Below are positions 24,856 through 38,211 of a DNA stretch of 64,000 nt, piece by piece. Below the pieces are notes generated by a model. It made no database searches. It was not told where the DNA came from and saw nothing but the letters and a program-made list of their open reading frames with translations. Positions within the stretch are counted from its first letter, which is position 1, and the number at the start of each line of letters is the position of its first letter. The stretch lies in assembly GCA_002633005.1 (NCBI GenBank), contig NMRA01000103.1, positions 91,512 to 155,511 of the forward strand, given 5' to 3'. The position numbers and the translations under genes were made by a program. Source of the stretch: Phoronis australis (Eukaryota > Animalia > Phoronida).

Positions 24856-26355
24856 AAATGCAAATTACAGTGATGTAGCCTTTGACCTATTTGACTTAAA
24901 TAACTCTAGTAGTGCCGAACTTACACTAGACTACTCTGACGGAACTACCATACCTCCATTTAGGCAACAAACCTGAATTCCCATCGCCCACGTAGGCTCC
25001 TTAACATCAATTTTAGATCAGTGGTTGGTAAAGCCCCATAACTTACTAATATTACCGGTATAGACAGCATTAAATCAGATATTATAATCGGAACCGAAAC
25101 CTGGCTGGATGACAACATTAAAACTAGTGAATTATTTCCAGCAAGGACCACAACAGAGATGGAGGTGGTGTTTTAATTGCTGCACTTAATACCTTCACTT
25201 GCGCTGAAGAAATATCACTCTCCAGAGAATACTGCGAACTCATCTGGGCAAGCATCCACTGAACTTGAAGGACGTTGAAAATTGTTGGTATGCTCCTACT
25301 ATAGACCACATGTTAGCGATGAGTCAAGTCTTCAGACATTTTCTGACTCATGTCTTCAGGCTACTAATAATAAAAATGCTGTTGTATTAATTGGACTGAT
25401 TTCAACTTTCCGGGGTGGGACTGGAATGCCTCAGTGTTGAAGCCGGGTGTCCCAAAGCCACGCTTACACAATCTTTTCATTGATACCCTGGCTGACTATG
25501 GCCTCGAACAAATGGTAAATGAACCTACATGCACACGAGGAGAAAGTATCCTAGACCATTTTATCACAAACTACCAGGCCTTGTGGCTACAACAGAGATC
25601 CTTCCAGGACTCTCTGATCACGACTAAGTTTTTGTCGAACTACAACTCTTCGTCCCTCCAAAACGTCTCCCTGTTCGAAAAGTCTATGCTTTTAAACGCG
25701 CCAACTGGAATGAACTTAGATTGGCATGATAGACAACTATCCAATAATACGGTCTCTTCCTTTGACATAAATGCTATTTCACTCGTTACATATATTTATG
25801 TGAGAATATGGACTCGTCCCACTTATACCCCCATCTTTCGGACTGGTCCATTAATCCTTTGTGTAGATTCGCATGCGGTCCTCCTGCACACGAGGCACTT
25901 GGATATTCCATTTCCATCCTCACTATTGGTTCGTTTGTGTCCCATGCCACGAGTTTGGTCAGCTCCTGGCTCCCATTGCCCATCTTTTCAGAGATTATTA
26001 TTTTATCTTTATGTTATCTATACACTCATATTTCTGTACCTTATCAGTCATAATAAATGACCTGATATCGCCTATACACGGTCTCCTCTTTATCTCTGGA
26101 AACGGAGCTTGAGACGCAACTATTATTTTTGGGACATACTTCGAACATAGATAGTAACACTGAGACTTTGTGGTGCTGGTTCAAACAAGGATTGCAGATA
26201 GCTGTCGACCAAAATATCCCGAAGCTCCGAACAAAATCCAAACTTAGCTACCTTTGGATTGACCCAGAACTCAAAGGCCTTATCAAGAAAAGAGACCGAC
26301 TTTGTAAGCGCTACAAATTAACAGAAGATCCAGCCACTCTGTGCGAATTAAAACG
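24856..26355 (+). pseudogene. LINE (CR1/L2-group) ORF2 relic: AP-endonuclease domain, part 1
   Basis: NINFRS, IIGTETWL, GGGVLIA, YRP, DFNFPGWDW and EQMVNEPT..ILD motifs with stops and frameshifts; resumes at 32342. Confidence 0.8.
25784..26136 (+). mobile_element. Possible degenerate solo LTR inserted in the LINE
   Basis: Interrupts the LINE coding relic; (C)GTTACA...GGGACA ends, cact/tact flanks, AATAAA; related sequence at about 59810-59960. Confidence 0.4.
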
Positions 26356-27027
26356 CAGGCCCGTAACCAGGGGGGTTCGATCGAAAAGGTCCAGCTCCTG
26401 CTACGATAAGGAAGTAGCTGGACACCAACAAAAATACCACAGCCATTATAAATTAAAATGATAACAACTAGTGATGATTTCGAAGCATAACTGCTCATCT
26501 GATTCAAACCCCTTTGCATAGTGACATCAGACCGCAAGAACTTCGCCTGATAGTTCTTGTAGATAACGGGATCTTAGGCCTACAGACGACCACAGGACGC
26601 TTCAAGAGATTGACAGTTTCAAAGACACCGACTAACCACAAACACAGGTGCTCTCGTGATGACTACACCAAGAGGTACAGTGTAAGAGGGTCATTCTAAA
26701 TTAGCGAACATGCCTGGCGGCAAACAGCATCGAGAGAGAGCTCTCAAAAAGCAGCGAGTTGGTGTCTTAAAATTGACCAATGGGCGAAGAAGCAGAAAAC
26801 AGGTTTGTCGCATGCATTCGGTTGTTGCTAGTGACAATATGCAGCACACTTTTTGAAATTCGATATCGAAAGCTATCGCGGATTCTGTACACTGTACCTG
26901 TGGATCGTTTGATTGACATGCATAATGATGCACATAATTACACGCGTTTCCATTCTTTAAATTCAGCTTACGTATCTTCACTATAGCCCCTGCTAATTAC
27001 CGTGTTTTTTTTACAGAAAACTCAGAT

Positions 27028-30000
27028 ATGGACACGGGTGCCTGTTCACAGGCAGGAATAAGTACATGTACGCCTAGGTCCACTAACCAATCTTCAGTCA
27101 ATGAAGAAAAGCCTGGTGTTGACAGCAAATCAGTGGCAATGGTACACGACCTCGCAGAGTTCGTCCGATCAACAGATTCGATAGAAGAGGCTTCCAACGC
27201 CTTAAGCAAATTAAGTGACGTGCAAAAATACAATCTTATCAAAAAACACGAAGAACCATCTCCCGACTACATTTTTCCAACAGAGTATGCAGCGGGATAT
27301 AATCGCTCATTCAGACACGCTTGGTTTAAAGAGTTCATTGGTGTATAGCTAAAAAATTGATGGTGCGTTCTGCGTTTCTTGTGCTTTATTTTCGAAAGGT
27401 GACGTAAAAAGGCAACCAACCAAGTTACTGAACAGGCCATTCACGCAATGGCATCATAAAACGAAAGTACTGTCTGAGCATTTCAAAAAAGATATCACAT
27501 GGAGGCATTAGATGATGCTAATACATTTGTTAGCATGATGGAAAATCCGCAGAAAGGTGTTGACGCTGTCTTAGACAGTAAGGTCAAAGAACAAATAAAG
27601 AAAAACACGCACAATCTCCAGGCAATAACTAAAGCGATTCTTTATTGCGGTCGCCAGTGTATTGCACTGAGAGGAGATTCTGAAAGTTTGACAGAAGATA
27701 ACGGTAACCCGAGAAATTTTCTTGCTCTTTTGAAACTGTTGAGTACCTATGATGAAACTCTAAAGAAACACTTACAGCACCCAAATATGAAGAACGCCAT
27801 GTACACTTCGCCTCAAATACAGAATGATATTATCGAGATCATTGGAAAACACATCATATAAGCCGATATTGTAAAGGAAATAAAAGATGCCAAATTTTAT
27901 TCCGTTATGGCTGATGAGGTTACGTCCAATAATGAAGAACTCATGCCCTTGTGCATACGATTTGTAGACGCCGATGACAACATTCGAGAGGAGTTGCTGG
28001 AAATCTGTATTCTTGCGGGGATAACCGGCAAACACGTAGCGGAATGCATAATGGTCACCTTAGATAGGCGATCGGGATCGACATTGCTAACTGCAGAGGC
28101 CAGGGATATGATGGCGCAGCAAATATGAGTAGTGATAACGTTGGCGTCCAGGCAATCGTGCGTGAACACTCTCCTTTAGCTTTATACACACATTGCTGCC
28201 GCCATTGTCTAAACTTAATGATAGCTATTCATGTTATACACAGGAAATCAGAAACCCTTGGGATAAAGTAAAATGCGTTGTTAACTTTTTTATGAGCAGA
28301 CCAAAGACAGAACACCTCCTGAATGAAGTAGATAAAAAGAAAACCCCCGAATCGCTAAAAAAGCCCCTCATTGATGTTTGCCGCACTCGCTGGACGGCAC
28401 GTCACGATGCTTACTCGAGGTTTTTGCAGTCGTACGGGTGTATTGTAATTTCGCTAGAAGTTATAGCATATGACCAACACAAGCACGAGTACAGCACCGG
28501 CATGACCTCGGGCTGGACAGGGAAGTACAAATCCGAAGCAAGTGGGTTGCTAGCTGGTATCACTTCCTTTGATTTTATAGTGACATTCTGCATATTATTT
28601 AACTTACTTTCTCATCTAGAAGGCATTACAATCAAATTGCAGAGCACAACAGTTGATATTGTACAAGCTTACGGAATGGTGAATGAGATTCAAACCCTGT
28701 ACCAGGAACTTCGCGAGACTGTAGATGAAGTCTTCGATGACATTTACCACCAAGCCGTTGTCATGGCTCGAGATGTTGGTGTGGAACCCAGCATGGCGCG
28801 ACAAGCTCTTCGCCAACCACATCGAGCAAATCCACCAAATTCCAGTGTCAAGCAGTACTATTTGAGAACAGTGGTGATACCGTTTCTTGATTACATTGCA
28901 TCCGAATTTAGGGCCCATTTTTCTCGAGCAACCGTTACGGCATCCTCACTTCTAGGATTGATTCCGTCTCATCTCGGGGAAATTGAACCGGAAGTCATCA
29001 ACATGAATGAAGCAGATCTGTCGTCACCCGAGTTACTTCAACAGGAAATGATGCAATGGAGTGTAATATAATGAGGCTATGCCCTCCATGTGCATGCAAG
29101 AAATTTCAGGGGATATGCTACCTCTGTGGTAGTTAAAGCCAGGAATAGTGCTCTGATGTTGAAAATCCAGGAATAGTGGCAGTTATGCAAGAATTTTCTA
29201 GGGGATGGTCAGTTAGCTCGTTATATTTAGCTCGTTATAGGGAGATGGGAATATATGTAGCCTACATGCAGAGTGGGTCCATCGCGTGGTCAGTTAGCTC
29301 GTTATATTCAGCTCGTCATAGAGAGAGGGACATATATGTACATACAGAGTGGGTCCATCGCGTGATGGCACTTAGTTTAGTATTTAAAGCACTGGCTCTC
29401 GAGACCAGGGTAGGCTGGATCCATCACAACTTCAGACTACGGAGCACGGCTCCAGAGCTGGAAGACAAGTTCAGATTACAGACTACAGACGAGCAACTTT
29501 GTGTGACCAAAAGGTCAAGGAGAAAGAATAACTGAGGTATAGACACTTATCACGGGTGTTGGTCTCAGCCTGAACCGGCTAGTGGTTGTTCTGGAGGGAT
29601 AGTTCTGTTGTGACTTGTTTCAGTTGTGTTGACGTGTGCACGGGGAACTAGTGGCACTGTTGACTAGTAGTTTCTCCAGTAGGGATATATTGTATCAGTT
29701 TGTTGTCAGTCTCACAACTTATTGTAATCTATTGTTTGTAAATCACAACGCTGCAAATTAATAGACGTATTCTATTGTTAAAGTATTCGTGCGTTGTTTT
29801 ATTTATTACCACGTGCGCGCCATCTATGGGCCGCAACACGCATTGATATACCACAGGAGGCACAAGTGGAAGTCCCAGCAGAATGTGCTCTCATCATGTG
29901 CCCAGACTATTAAAGACTGTGATCAAATTTTGTATCCGAACGTCTATGTACTACTAAAAATTTTGGCTACACTACCGGTGACGTCGTTAGAATGCGAGAG

Positions 30001-30181
30001 ATCCGCTACCACATTACGCAGACTCAATACGTTCATGCGAGCAAGTATGAGTGGTGGCAGAATGTCATCCCTGGCGCTGATGCATGGTCATTACTACAAA
30101 GAGATAGAAATTGACAGAGTTGTCCAGCGTTTTGAGCAAATAAATCCCAGGAAAAGGAAATTTGGTAGCGTACTAACCTGA
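27028..30181 (+). pseudogene. hAT transposase (ZMYM1/THAP12-like: TTF zinc finger, DUF4371, hATC), disrupted
   Basis: RSFRHAWF..FCVSCALF, RQCIALRGD, YTSPQIQND, MADEVT, CRTRW, LPVTSLECERS..LRRL..SSLALM. Several frameshifts and stops, and a solo LTR at 29062-29855. Confidence 0.92.
29062..29855. mobile_element. Solo LTR with 4-bp TSD (Gypsy-like)
   Basis: GGAG|TGT...ACA|GGAG; removal restores in-frame QQEMMQW-RHKWKS in the transposase. Confidence 0.85.
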
Positions 30182-30269
30182 TGTGTATCTTCTCGCTTCG
30201 ATGAGCGTACTTAAAGTGGAACTTACATGTACATTGAATTAAGAGTATTAAGTTTTTGTTAAACTATTA

Positions 30270-32161
30270 CAGCCGATCTCATAAAGGTGGTTTAACAAAA
30301 ACCAGGTTTAAGACATAAACCTGGTCTTCCTAAACCTGGTCTAATTTTAGATCTGACTTGCATTTCACCAACATGGTTTAAGAGTCTGAAAGCCTGGTTT
30401 TGCTAGACCAAGGAGCTGGTTCAGTAAAACCAGGTTTAAAGTATCAAAGGCACCCCACCGTGTCGTGCTCGATAAACCCAACAAAGAAACTATTGAAGTG
30501 CTCCAATGAAACCTTGATCACGTGGGTATACAATGACATACACTAGTAGAATCAGTGCAGACATTTACGAAAAACATCTAAAAGCTTTTCTCATGAGGAA
30601 AACTGTAATTTCTGTGCCCAACACACACACATTAAAGAACATGCTCCCGATTAGATGTAACATGATAAATGCCCAAATTTATTTCCTTGTCATTTTAGCG
30701 TTTATTTTCCGCGGCCAAAGGGGGGGCAAGAACCCTTCCTGGCAACATTATATTGGAGAACAGTGGAGGTGGAACTCAGTCATAAGAATCAGAAGATGCT
30801 GTCTTTAGTCAAATCTGTAGTGCTTACGACGATGACGCCCTGTTCGACCAGTCGTATTCTGAGAAATCCGCAGGACACACTCCAGCAAGTAGTAGTCTAC
30901 GCATAGGAGGAACCACGGGGGTCACGGGGTCCGGAGTACCCTTTTCCCTTGATTTTAGTGATATCAAATCTATAATTTTAAAATTGTTGACTTGACCCCC
31001 CCTTTCAAAAAGTCCTTGACCGTCCCCCCTTTAAAAAATCTTGGATCCGCCCCTGCTACGTTTGATCTTTTGTCATAGTAAAACTGAATATTGAAAATAG
31101 TCCATTTGCGCTCTAAAATTGCGTCGCAAATGAACTCCGCGGCATCATTCACTCGTACCTATACTATGCAAGTCAGACATATTTAACAGTTAAACCTAGG
31201 TCCGACCAAGTCTAAAGTTAAACATGGTTTAAGATCTTAAAGTCCTTGTTGCAAACTGCCCATGTGGTTCTAGTATCCGAAAATACTTACTACATAAATT
31301 CTTATTTTCGACACCCTTTCTTCATATTCTTTTCGCCTTTCTTGCCAAAAGCGATTTTTTAACAGTATTTGACCCTTCTCTCTGAGCGTATGATTACCGG
31401 TTGTCANGCAGTGTGACACAGGACTAACCAGCCCGTAATTTCATGCAAGTGTCTGAAACTACCCTTGAATATATGCAGCATTTATCATTTGACCATTTTA
31501 CTTCGACAAAACAGCTTGCAACCGCATGCATTTACCGTTCGCCAGTGTCTGGTCTCGATCCGCACCGGGTCCGATAGGCTGCGGTCCCGAGTCTAGCAAA
31601 ATAATTTCTGTCAAAATTTATTCGCCACATTTCTTCAGCAATTTCCATAAAATTGTCCGTAAAATTAAGGCGCGCTGTCGATTTTTTTATCCCCGTTTGC
31701 TGGCTGGTAACAGTACAGGCACTGCTCCAGTCGCACTGACGGCGTTTTCTCGGCCTGGGTTCCTGATTGAATTGTACTTCCGGGTTCGCAGCAAGTTCAA
31801 AATGGCGGTGTTTCTTCGGGTGCGAATCGTGAGTGGCGCGTTCATTTAAACTGTTTTCGAGTACGGATCGTGTATTAGTTATGGGGTAGGTACTTCTTGG
31901 ATCCTTGTAACATCTTCTAACCATGTAATAAGGGTTAACAACGCGTGAGAGAAGGATTTTAATACAGGTCTAAAGAATAGAGACCTCGTTGGAGAAATGA
32001 AAACTGACTTAGACCAGGTCTAAGATGGAGTTAAACCAGGTTTTACTAGACCACTGGTCTAAAAGTTAAACCACCTTTATGAAATGCAGATTATCTTTAA
32101 ACCTGGTCTAAGTCCAGTTTAAACCAGGTTTAACTTTAAACCACCTTTATGAAATCGGCTG
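30270..32161 (-). mobile_element. PIF/Harbinger non-autonomous element with Myb/SANT relic
   Basis: TTA|CAGCCGATCTCATAAAGGTGGTTTAA...TTAAACCACCTTTATGAAATCGGCTG|TTA; many subterminal AAACCAGGTTT motifs; minus-strand RLNFTD..VNACG..EVKWSN fragments. Confidence 0.8.
30902..31055. mobile_element. hAT-type MITE with 5-bp TSD (CTACG)
   Basis: CTACG|CATAGGAGGAACCA...TGGATCCGCCCCTG|CTACG. Confidence 0.7.
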
Positions 32162-32341
32162 TTAATGTTCTTGACAATAAAACTTTGAAAACTTAATGCG
32201 TCGCTCATTGTCAGCTTCTGAAGAGCGCTAACCAGGAAAGTAGAGAGGTTCGACGCTACTTCTAGCGAAATGCCATCAAAAGGTCCAACCTTTTAGAAAT
32301 TTGAACCCCCCTCGTATAATCCTGGCTACGGGCCTGAAACG

Positions 32342-32640
32342 TTTGAAAGGAATAGTTCAGATGTCGCTAAGAAGAAAATACTGGTATTGCACTAATCACA
32401 GATACCGACGTACACAATGTGAGCAAGCCCAACAAGAAAGTTTGTGGTCTCACATAACATCTGTATCGGATCTGATAATACTGGAATTACAGCTTCAAAA
32501 GATATCGTGGGATACTTGTCACAGAGGTCAAAGAGAAAGCAGAGCTACTCGATAAACAATTTTAAGCTGCCTTAAGCCCCAAGATAAAATTCACGTCCGT
32601 CGAGTTCCAAATCGGCGATTACCGTACAGTCCCTTGAACT
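32342..32640 (+). pseudogene. LINE ORF2 relic, part 2 (continuation after the hAT)
   Basis: Joining across the hAT gives LCELKR-LKGIVQMSLRRKYW, a typical EN-RT linker. Confidence 0.65.
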
Positions 32641-34141
32641 CGATCTTCACCTCGAACCATCAGAGGAGTGATGCGTGGGCTTTTTGGGAACATTTTTGTG
32701 CTTTGACCGCGATGTTGTTGCGATCTCGCTGGAGCAGGACACCTTGAATGGTATTAGAAGAAAGAACAATTGCTAATGGTTTATTGAAACCCTGTTTTGT
32801 GTTGTGTAAATTTATTGATTTTTGTGTTTGCTGAAGTGAAGCACCCGTGGAATTCCTTGTCCCGAGTGTCATATCTGGTAGTATAGGCCTATATACATGT
32901 AGCGTATTGGGAACGTTCAGAAGCTGAGGACGCCTGTGTTAGGAGGGAGCATTAGAAATGAATAATGTAAACCCATATTTGCATGGATTATAAGCTACGC
33001 AAATTTAGGATGTAATGACCTGCATATTGCATTCGTTACATTCACTGACCACGAACACATGGGTGTGTTGCAAATATCAATATGGTCTACATGAAGTGTC
33101 GGCCTCGTAAAGCAGTTATGAACAGAATTTTGAATAATGGTGGCCATTATTTGCATAAATTATGCAAATCTATCATACGCATCAGCCTGTAAACTGGTTT
33201 CATTGAATTAATTGATCTTGGAGCTGGGAGAACATTTTAATACCCTTTACCTGTAGTGTTTCTTATCCCAGCTTTAAGCAGGAAAACACTTTTAAATAAT
33301 GCGCCCTAAATTTGCATTCTCCATTTATCCACCTGTAACCTAGGCAATACCTGTAACCTAACTCCACTATTGAATTCACTGACAGTCAGTACAAACATAA
33401 GTAAAATATCAAAATGACATACATCCAAGCACTACAAAACCACCGTCAAGTAACGTCATAACTATTAATACATATCAACTTACGAATCCTTGAGTTGACT
33501 TATGTTCCACTTTCGTGTAACTCACGGAAAAGGAGTAGCTGAGTGCGTCGCGGCCACGGGAGATTCTCTCGATCTTTGCAGAGCACACCCTCTCGTATGT
33601 TAACATGTTCAGGTACATGTACGTTATATAACTATATACATGTATAAGCACCCGTAAATACCGTGGAAGTTGAACTAGTGGGTCAGATAAGAATATATGC
33701 CGTCATTGTCATCGCATAATACACTGGCACACTTGTCACCACTAACAGAAGTGAAACCTTCAGTGGTTTCGGTGCAAAAATGGATCGTTTTATACAGTTC
33801 CAACCAAAAAGAAAATATTTTTGTGTGGAATTTATTTGAAAATTCCCCCTTTCATGGTGACTTTTGCAATGCCTGAGTCTCTGGTCAGAGTGGCACATTT
33901 GGTCATATGCAATCTATACAAGTCTCCTCTTTCTCTTGGACCCCGACTTGTCCATTGTTTCATTTTTTTTTGCTTTCCACGTTTACGTGATTTCAAGTGT
34001 TGCAGTTTCCAACAATCATCTATTAATTTCAGTTTAATTGCAAAAAAAGTCTCAGAACCATTCTAAAACATTCCAAAACTACCAAGGTTCGCTGCAATCA
34101 AAGCACCCTGGAGTTAGACATTGTAAGCAAGTGGATTTAAA

Positions 34142-34302
34142 AACCTGGCGTGCGCTCAGTAGACGCTGGGACCTCGCTAGGACCTAGCTAAAACCTAATC
34201 AAAGTCACGTGTTTTCATTTAAAATACACGGCAACATCTCACGTAATCTCGCGAAGTCTTGCTTTTTAGCGAGGTCCTAGCGTTACTGAACGGGTGGCTG
34301 GT
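34142..34302. mobile_element. MITE of about 160 bp (copy 2 of 3)
   Basis: Homologous to 22335-22494. Confidence 0.7.
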
Positions 34303-36467
34303 TCGTTGAAGTGACTAGTTGAAAAAATATCTCACATTTCAAAATTGGGAGCTCAGGGTACTTCAAAGATTTTAAGTTGGGTTGGGTCACTTAACCCAAA
34401 TTAACGGATTCTTGTGCGTTAAATGGGTTGGATTGTTATCCAGGCAATAGTCACTGACTGGCAATCCGCATTTTGAGAACAAGTTTTAATGTCTGCTATT
34501 CAGTGAAAGACAGTTGAAAACACTGGTTCTCAAGGTGGGGGGTCCCCTGTATGTGACCATTACCATTATGTTTTGCTCAGTGTTTTGAACAACATGCTAG
34601 TGTGTCATGTGGTTAGGATCTACATAATACAGCATTGATTTTATTCAACATTTCGGTCTTTTCGAACAGTTTTTCAAAGTTACAAATTTGACTCTTATTG
34701 AGGGGGCCTCCTAGTGGCAAGAGTTGGGCAGTGTGAATTGCTTCAGAATATTTGCACTGGCAAACACCCTCACGTTGACTCAAAATGAAAAAGCGTGATG
34801 TCATTAATGTGTTCCTAGAAATATTACACTCATAGGCTACAAATCTTACAACATGCCAAGAAATTTGTCTAACCATTGGGAACTTTATTTTGCTGATGTA
34901 TTGATTAGAAATAAGGTTTAGTTTAGGGATAGACTGATGTACTAAGTCTGGACATAAACATAGCCGTGGGCGCACAACAGGGCTATTCCCTCTTCATTGC
35001 AGACCCTTCCCCTGATAGAAACTCATTCCAGTTTTGTGCTTGACTAGCTCCTCTGTCCCTGTCCCCTGTTCATGCAGTGCCTCCAGGTTGCCTCTCATTA
35101 CAATCACAATCATTGGTAGAAAACAATTTCAAGTTTGGCAACCTCTGTTGAATAATTCTGACTACACCAATGGTGCTGGGGAAATAGGTTATTAAAGACC
35201 CGACTGCCATTCAAGTTGCACATTCACTGCCTTGTGAAAGCATAGACCATTATGAAAGTTACACCTGGACCGTGGGTTTCAACATTTTACTGGAAATTAT
35301 TTTTATTATTTTCTGATTCTACTTTTGTTTAAACTCAAGATACGTTTCTTTTATTATATGTGCTTACTGATGGCAATTAATGATTCCAGCATTAGAGCTA
35401 AGAGTTCGAATCTTGGAACTCGCAAGGAAGTGGACTCTAAGTGAAAAAACAATTTCGAGTTCAATTTGGATTGAAAGCATCACACTGGAGGTGTATTCCC
35501 AAAACATGATCACATAATCCCTGTTTAGGGTTTTAAATCAATCCATACAAGACTGGGCTAGATTTTGTTTAGCCCAAAAAGCATTTAAATACAATGTGGA
35601 TAATAAGAAACCACCTGTATTAAACTGTGTTGAAAAATGAACCCATTTTAAGTTCCTTATCCACAAAGTGTACCATTTTTTAAGCTGCTATTAACCCAAC
35701 CTCTTTTTAGAGCCGTCATGTAACAATATAATGTTGGTCTCATACCAGCAATGTTGTTTTTGACCTAAATAGTAGCAAAAATCTTAATCACAATCTTATT
35801 GCTCGCATGAAGATTGGCATATCCAGCAGTTGGATTTGGATACTAGTGTCCGGTGTCAATTTTCACGTGTGTGCTCGTGATTTAGACTCTTGATCTTGTA
35901 CTGTTCCTTGCTGAGATTGCATGTGGTATATTGGCTTCGGTTGAATTGATAGTTTGTTATTGATTAAGACCTGGTGCAATAACCATGTCTTTGAGCACTA
36001 ACAAAGTCCAAGTCCACCAACTTAAAGGAACAAGTTACATTGTAAGACAGGGATATATATATATATAGGGCTTGGAATTTTCCTGTTTTAGGAGGATTTC
36101 CTAATTTTTTGTTTGTATTTCCTCTTGTTTGATTTCAAGCTTCTTTTTATCATTATTTTGACTTCATTCATTCAAAGACGTTTATTTTTATTAGTTGAAT
36201 TTTACAACACGAAAAATATTTCTATCACACAAGCCTATTTGTGAAACGATGGATTATCTGGAAAATTTTCCTCTTTTAGTCATTCCAATTCCTGTATATA
36301 GTGGTAAGTTGTTCAGATCAAAATTTATTCTTTTTCACATACAACGCATTCATAGCACCTTTAAGGAGTTTAATTCGAAGGAAATATGGAAGCCAGAAGA
36401 CACCATCTGATAAGCATATTCTGAAATCAACAATTGTGTTTGCACTTTCCAAGATGTTCAACCCACA

Positions 36468-38084
36468 TTGTTAGATCGCAATGATTATGTCAATTCTTTG
36501 AATGAAATTTTGAGTGATTTATCGAAGTTTAGACGTGTCAAAGCAGATCCTACACTAACTAGAGAAGGACAGCTGCAGAGGTTTTTACGCAAAATTAAGA
36601 ATGTTGGTCGTTTAGATACTGAAACGTACAACTATTTGTATCCACAAGGTTCACAGCCAGGTAGACTATATGACCTACCAAAAATACACAAACAGACAGA
36701 GGATTCCATCCCTCCATTTAGAACTATTGTGTCATCTGTGAATACTTTCAATTACAATCTTGCCAAGTACCTATGTAAGCTACTCAAACCACATATAAAT
36801 GAGGACTACACAGCAGGTGATACTTTCTCTTTTGTTTCTGAGGTTAGGGGTCAAGTTCTCAGGAATCGATTCATGGCTTCTTTTGGCATTGCGAGTTTGT
36901 TTACTAACCTACCTGTGGACGAATGTATATCTTTGGCTACTGACTATATAATGAAAAACAATCCCAGTGTAAAGATTACTCGAGCTGAACTCATGGAGCT
37001 ATTCAAATTTGCTACCAGCAAAACCCATTTTGTATTTAATGGGGAGGTTTTTAACCAAATTGATGGTATAGCAATGGGTTCACCTTTGGCTCCCATACTA
37101 GCTGGCATGTTTTTAGGTCACCATGAGAAAACATGGATTGAGACATACACTGGTCCTCACATCTATTTCTATCGACGATATGTAGATGATGTGTTTTGTA
37201 TATTTGAAAATCAGCAGTCAGCCCAGGAATTTTTGGTGTATTTAAACTCGAGGCATCCTAACTTGAAATTCAGTGTAGAATTAGAGGTCGATAACATTTT
37301 GCCATTTCTGGACGTGTTAGTAGAGCGTGAGGGTACCTCAGTGATAACATCAGTATTTCATAAGAAGACCTACACAGGACTGTACACTTGTTTTCATAGC
37401 TTCACATCCTTTGTTTATAAAGTAGGTCTCATAAAGACGCTAATAGACAGGGTATATCGCATTAACAACACTTGGGCTAGATTTGATTCTAATATCAAAG
37501 AACTTACAACGAATTTGCAAAAGAATGGCTATCCCCTAGAATTAGTCAATAGGGTACTGAAAGCAAGACTCCAACGTAACCCTGATGATGTTCATCCTGT
37601 AGACAAAACTAACTACAAGTACTTTAAAATACCCTATGTTGGGTTTTACGCCAAAATTGCTCAACGAAAACTCAACAAATTGGTGAATGATTACTGTGTG
37701 AACTTAAGAGTTGTATTAACATTCAAGTCTCTAAAACTGTCGAGTTTATTTAACCCTAAGGACAAAATTTCTATGGGTCTACGGTCCAAGGTTGTATACA
37801 AATTTATCTGTGCTGGATGTGGCTCCAGTTATATAGGCGAAACTGTTCGCCATTTGAAAACCAGGACCAAGGAACATCTAAATTCTGACAGTAATTCACA
37901 TGTAAATATTCACCTGCAGAGCTCCAATCATTGTTATCAGCAGTGCTCTTTCAATGACTTTGCAATAATAGACCAGGCAGTAACAACAAAGGAGCTTAAA
38001 ATTCGTGAGGCTTTACATATCAGTTGGTGCAAGCCCAATCTCAATAGGCAACTGACACACCACAGGTTGTCATTGTTGGTATAG
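36468..38084 (+). mobile_element. Penelope-like retroelement ORF: RT + GIY-YIG endonuclease, 5'-truncated
   Basis: LPKIHK, GIAMGSPLAP, YRRYVDD, LPFLDV, VVYKFICAGCGSSYIGET..EH, REALHI..PNLN; 538 open codons. Confidence 0.95.
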
Positions 38085-38165
38085 TTCATTGTCACTCCCT
38101 GTAACTGACTGTATCTGTGCTTCATTACTTGTTGCTGGGCCTAGCTAGGTGGCCACTGTATTATG

Positions 38166-38211
38166 ACTTCTGAGGATGGTGTTTAATAAATGACACCGAA
38201 ACATGTCAAGT
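38166..38211 (+). ncRNA. Minimal type-I hammerhead ribozyme of the Penelope-like element
   Basis: ACTT-CTGAGGA-T-GGTGT(loop)ACACC-GAAA-CATGTC-AAGT: complete core, stem I ACTT/AAGT, stem II GGTGT/ACACC, palindromic stem III; predicted cleavage after C38207. Confidence 0.85.

Larger units (their letters stand above)
26356..32336 (+). mobile_element. hAT DNA transposon with 5-bp TSD (hAT5-like)
   Basis: AAACG|CAGGCCCGTAACCAGG...CCTGGCTACGGGCCTG|AAACG; encodes a decayed hAT transposase. Confidence 0.9.

Noticed and set aside
29176-29535. 119-aa ORF with an internal repeat
   Set aside because: It lies inside a solo LTR and reflects an internal duplication of about 80 bp.
32217-32250. Other CTGANGA..GAAA occurrences (also near 1123 and 53929)
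   Set aside because: No stem II/stem I pairing or cleavage triplet, so they are not hammerheads.
33480-35300. Possible further exons or a Cys-rich transposase tail
   Set aside because: No recognisable protein motif with consistent splice phases.
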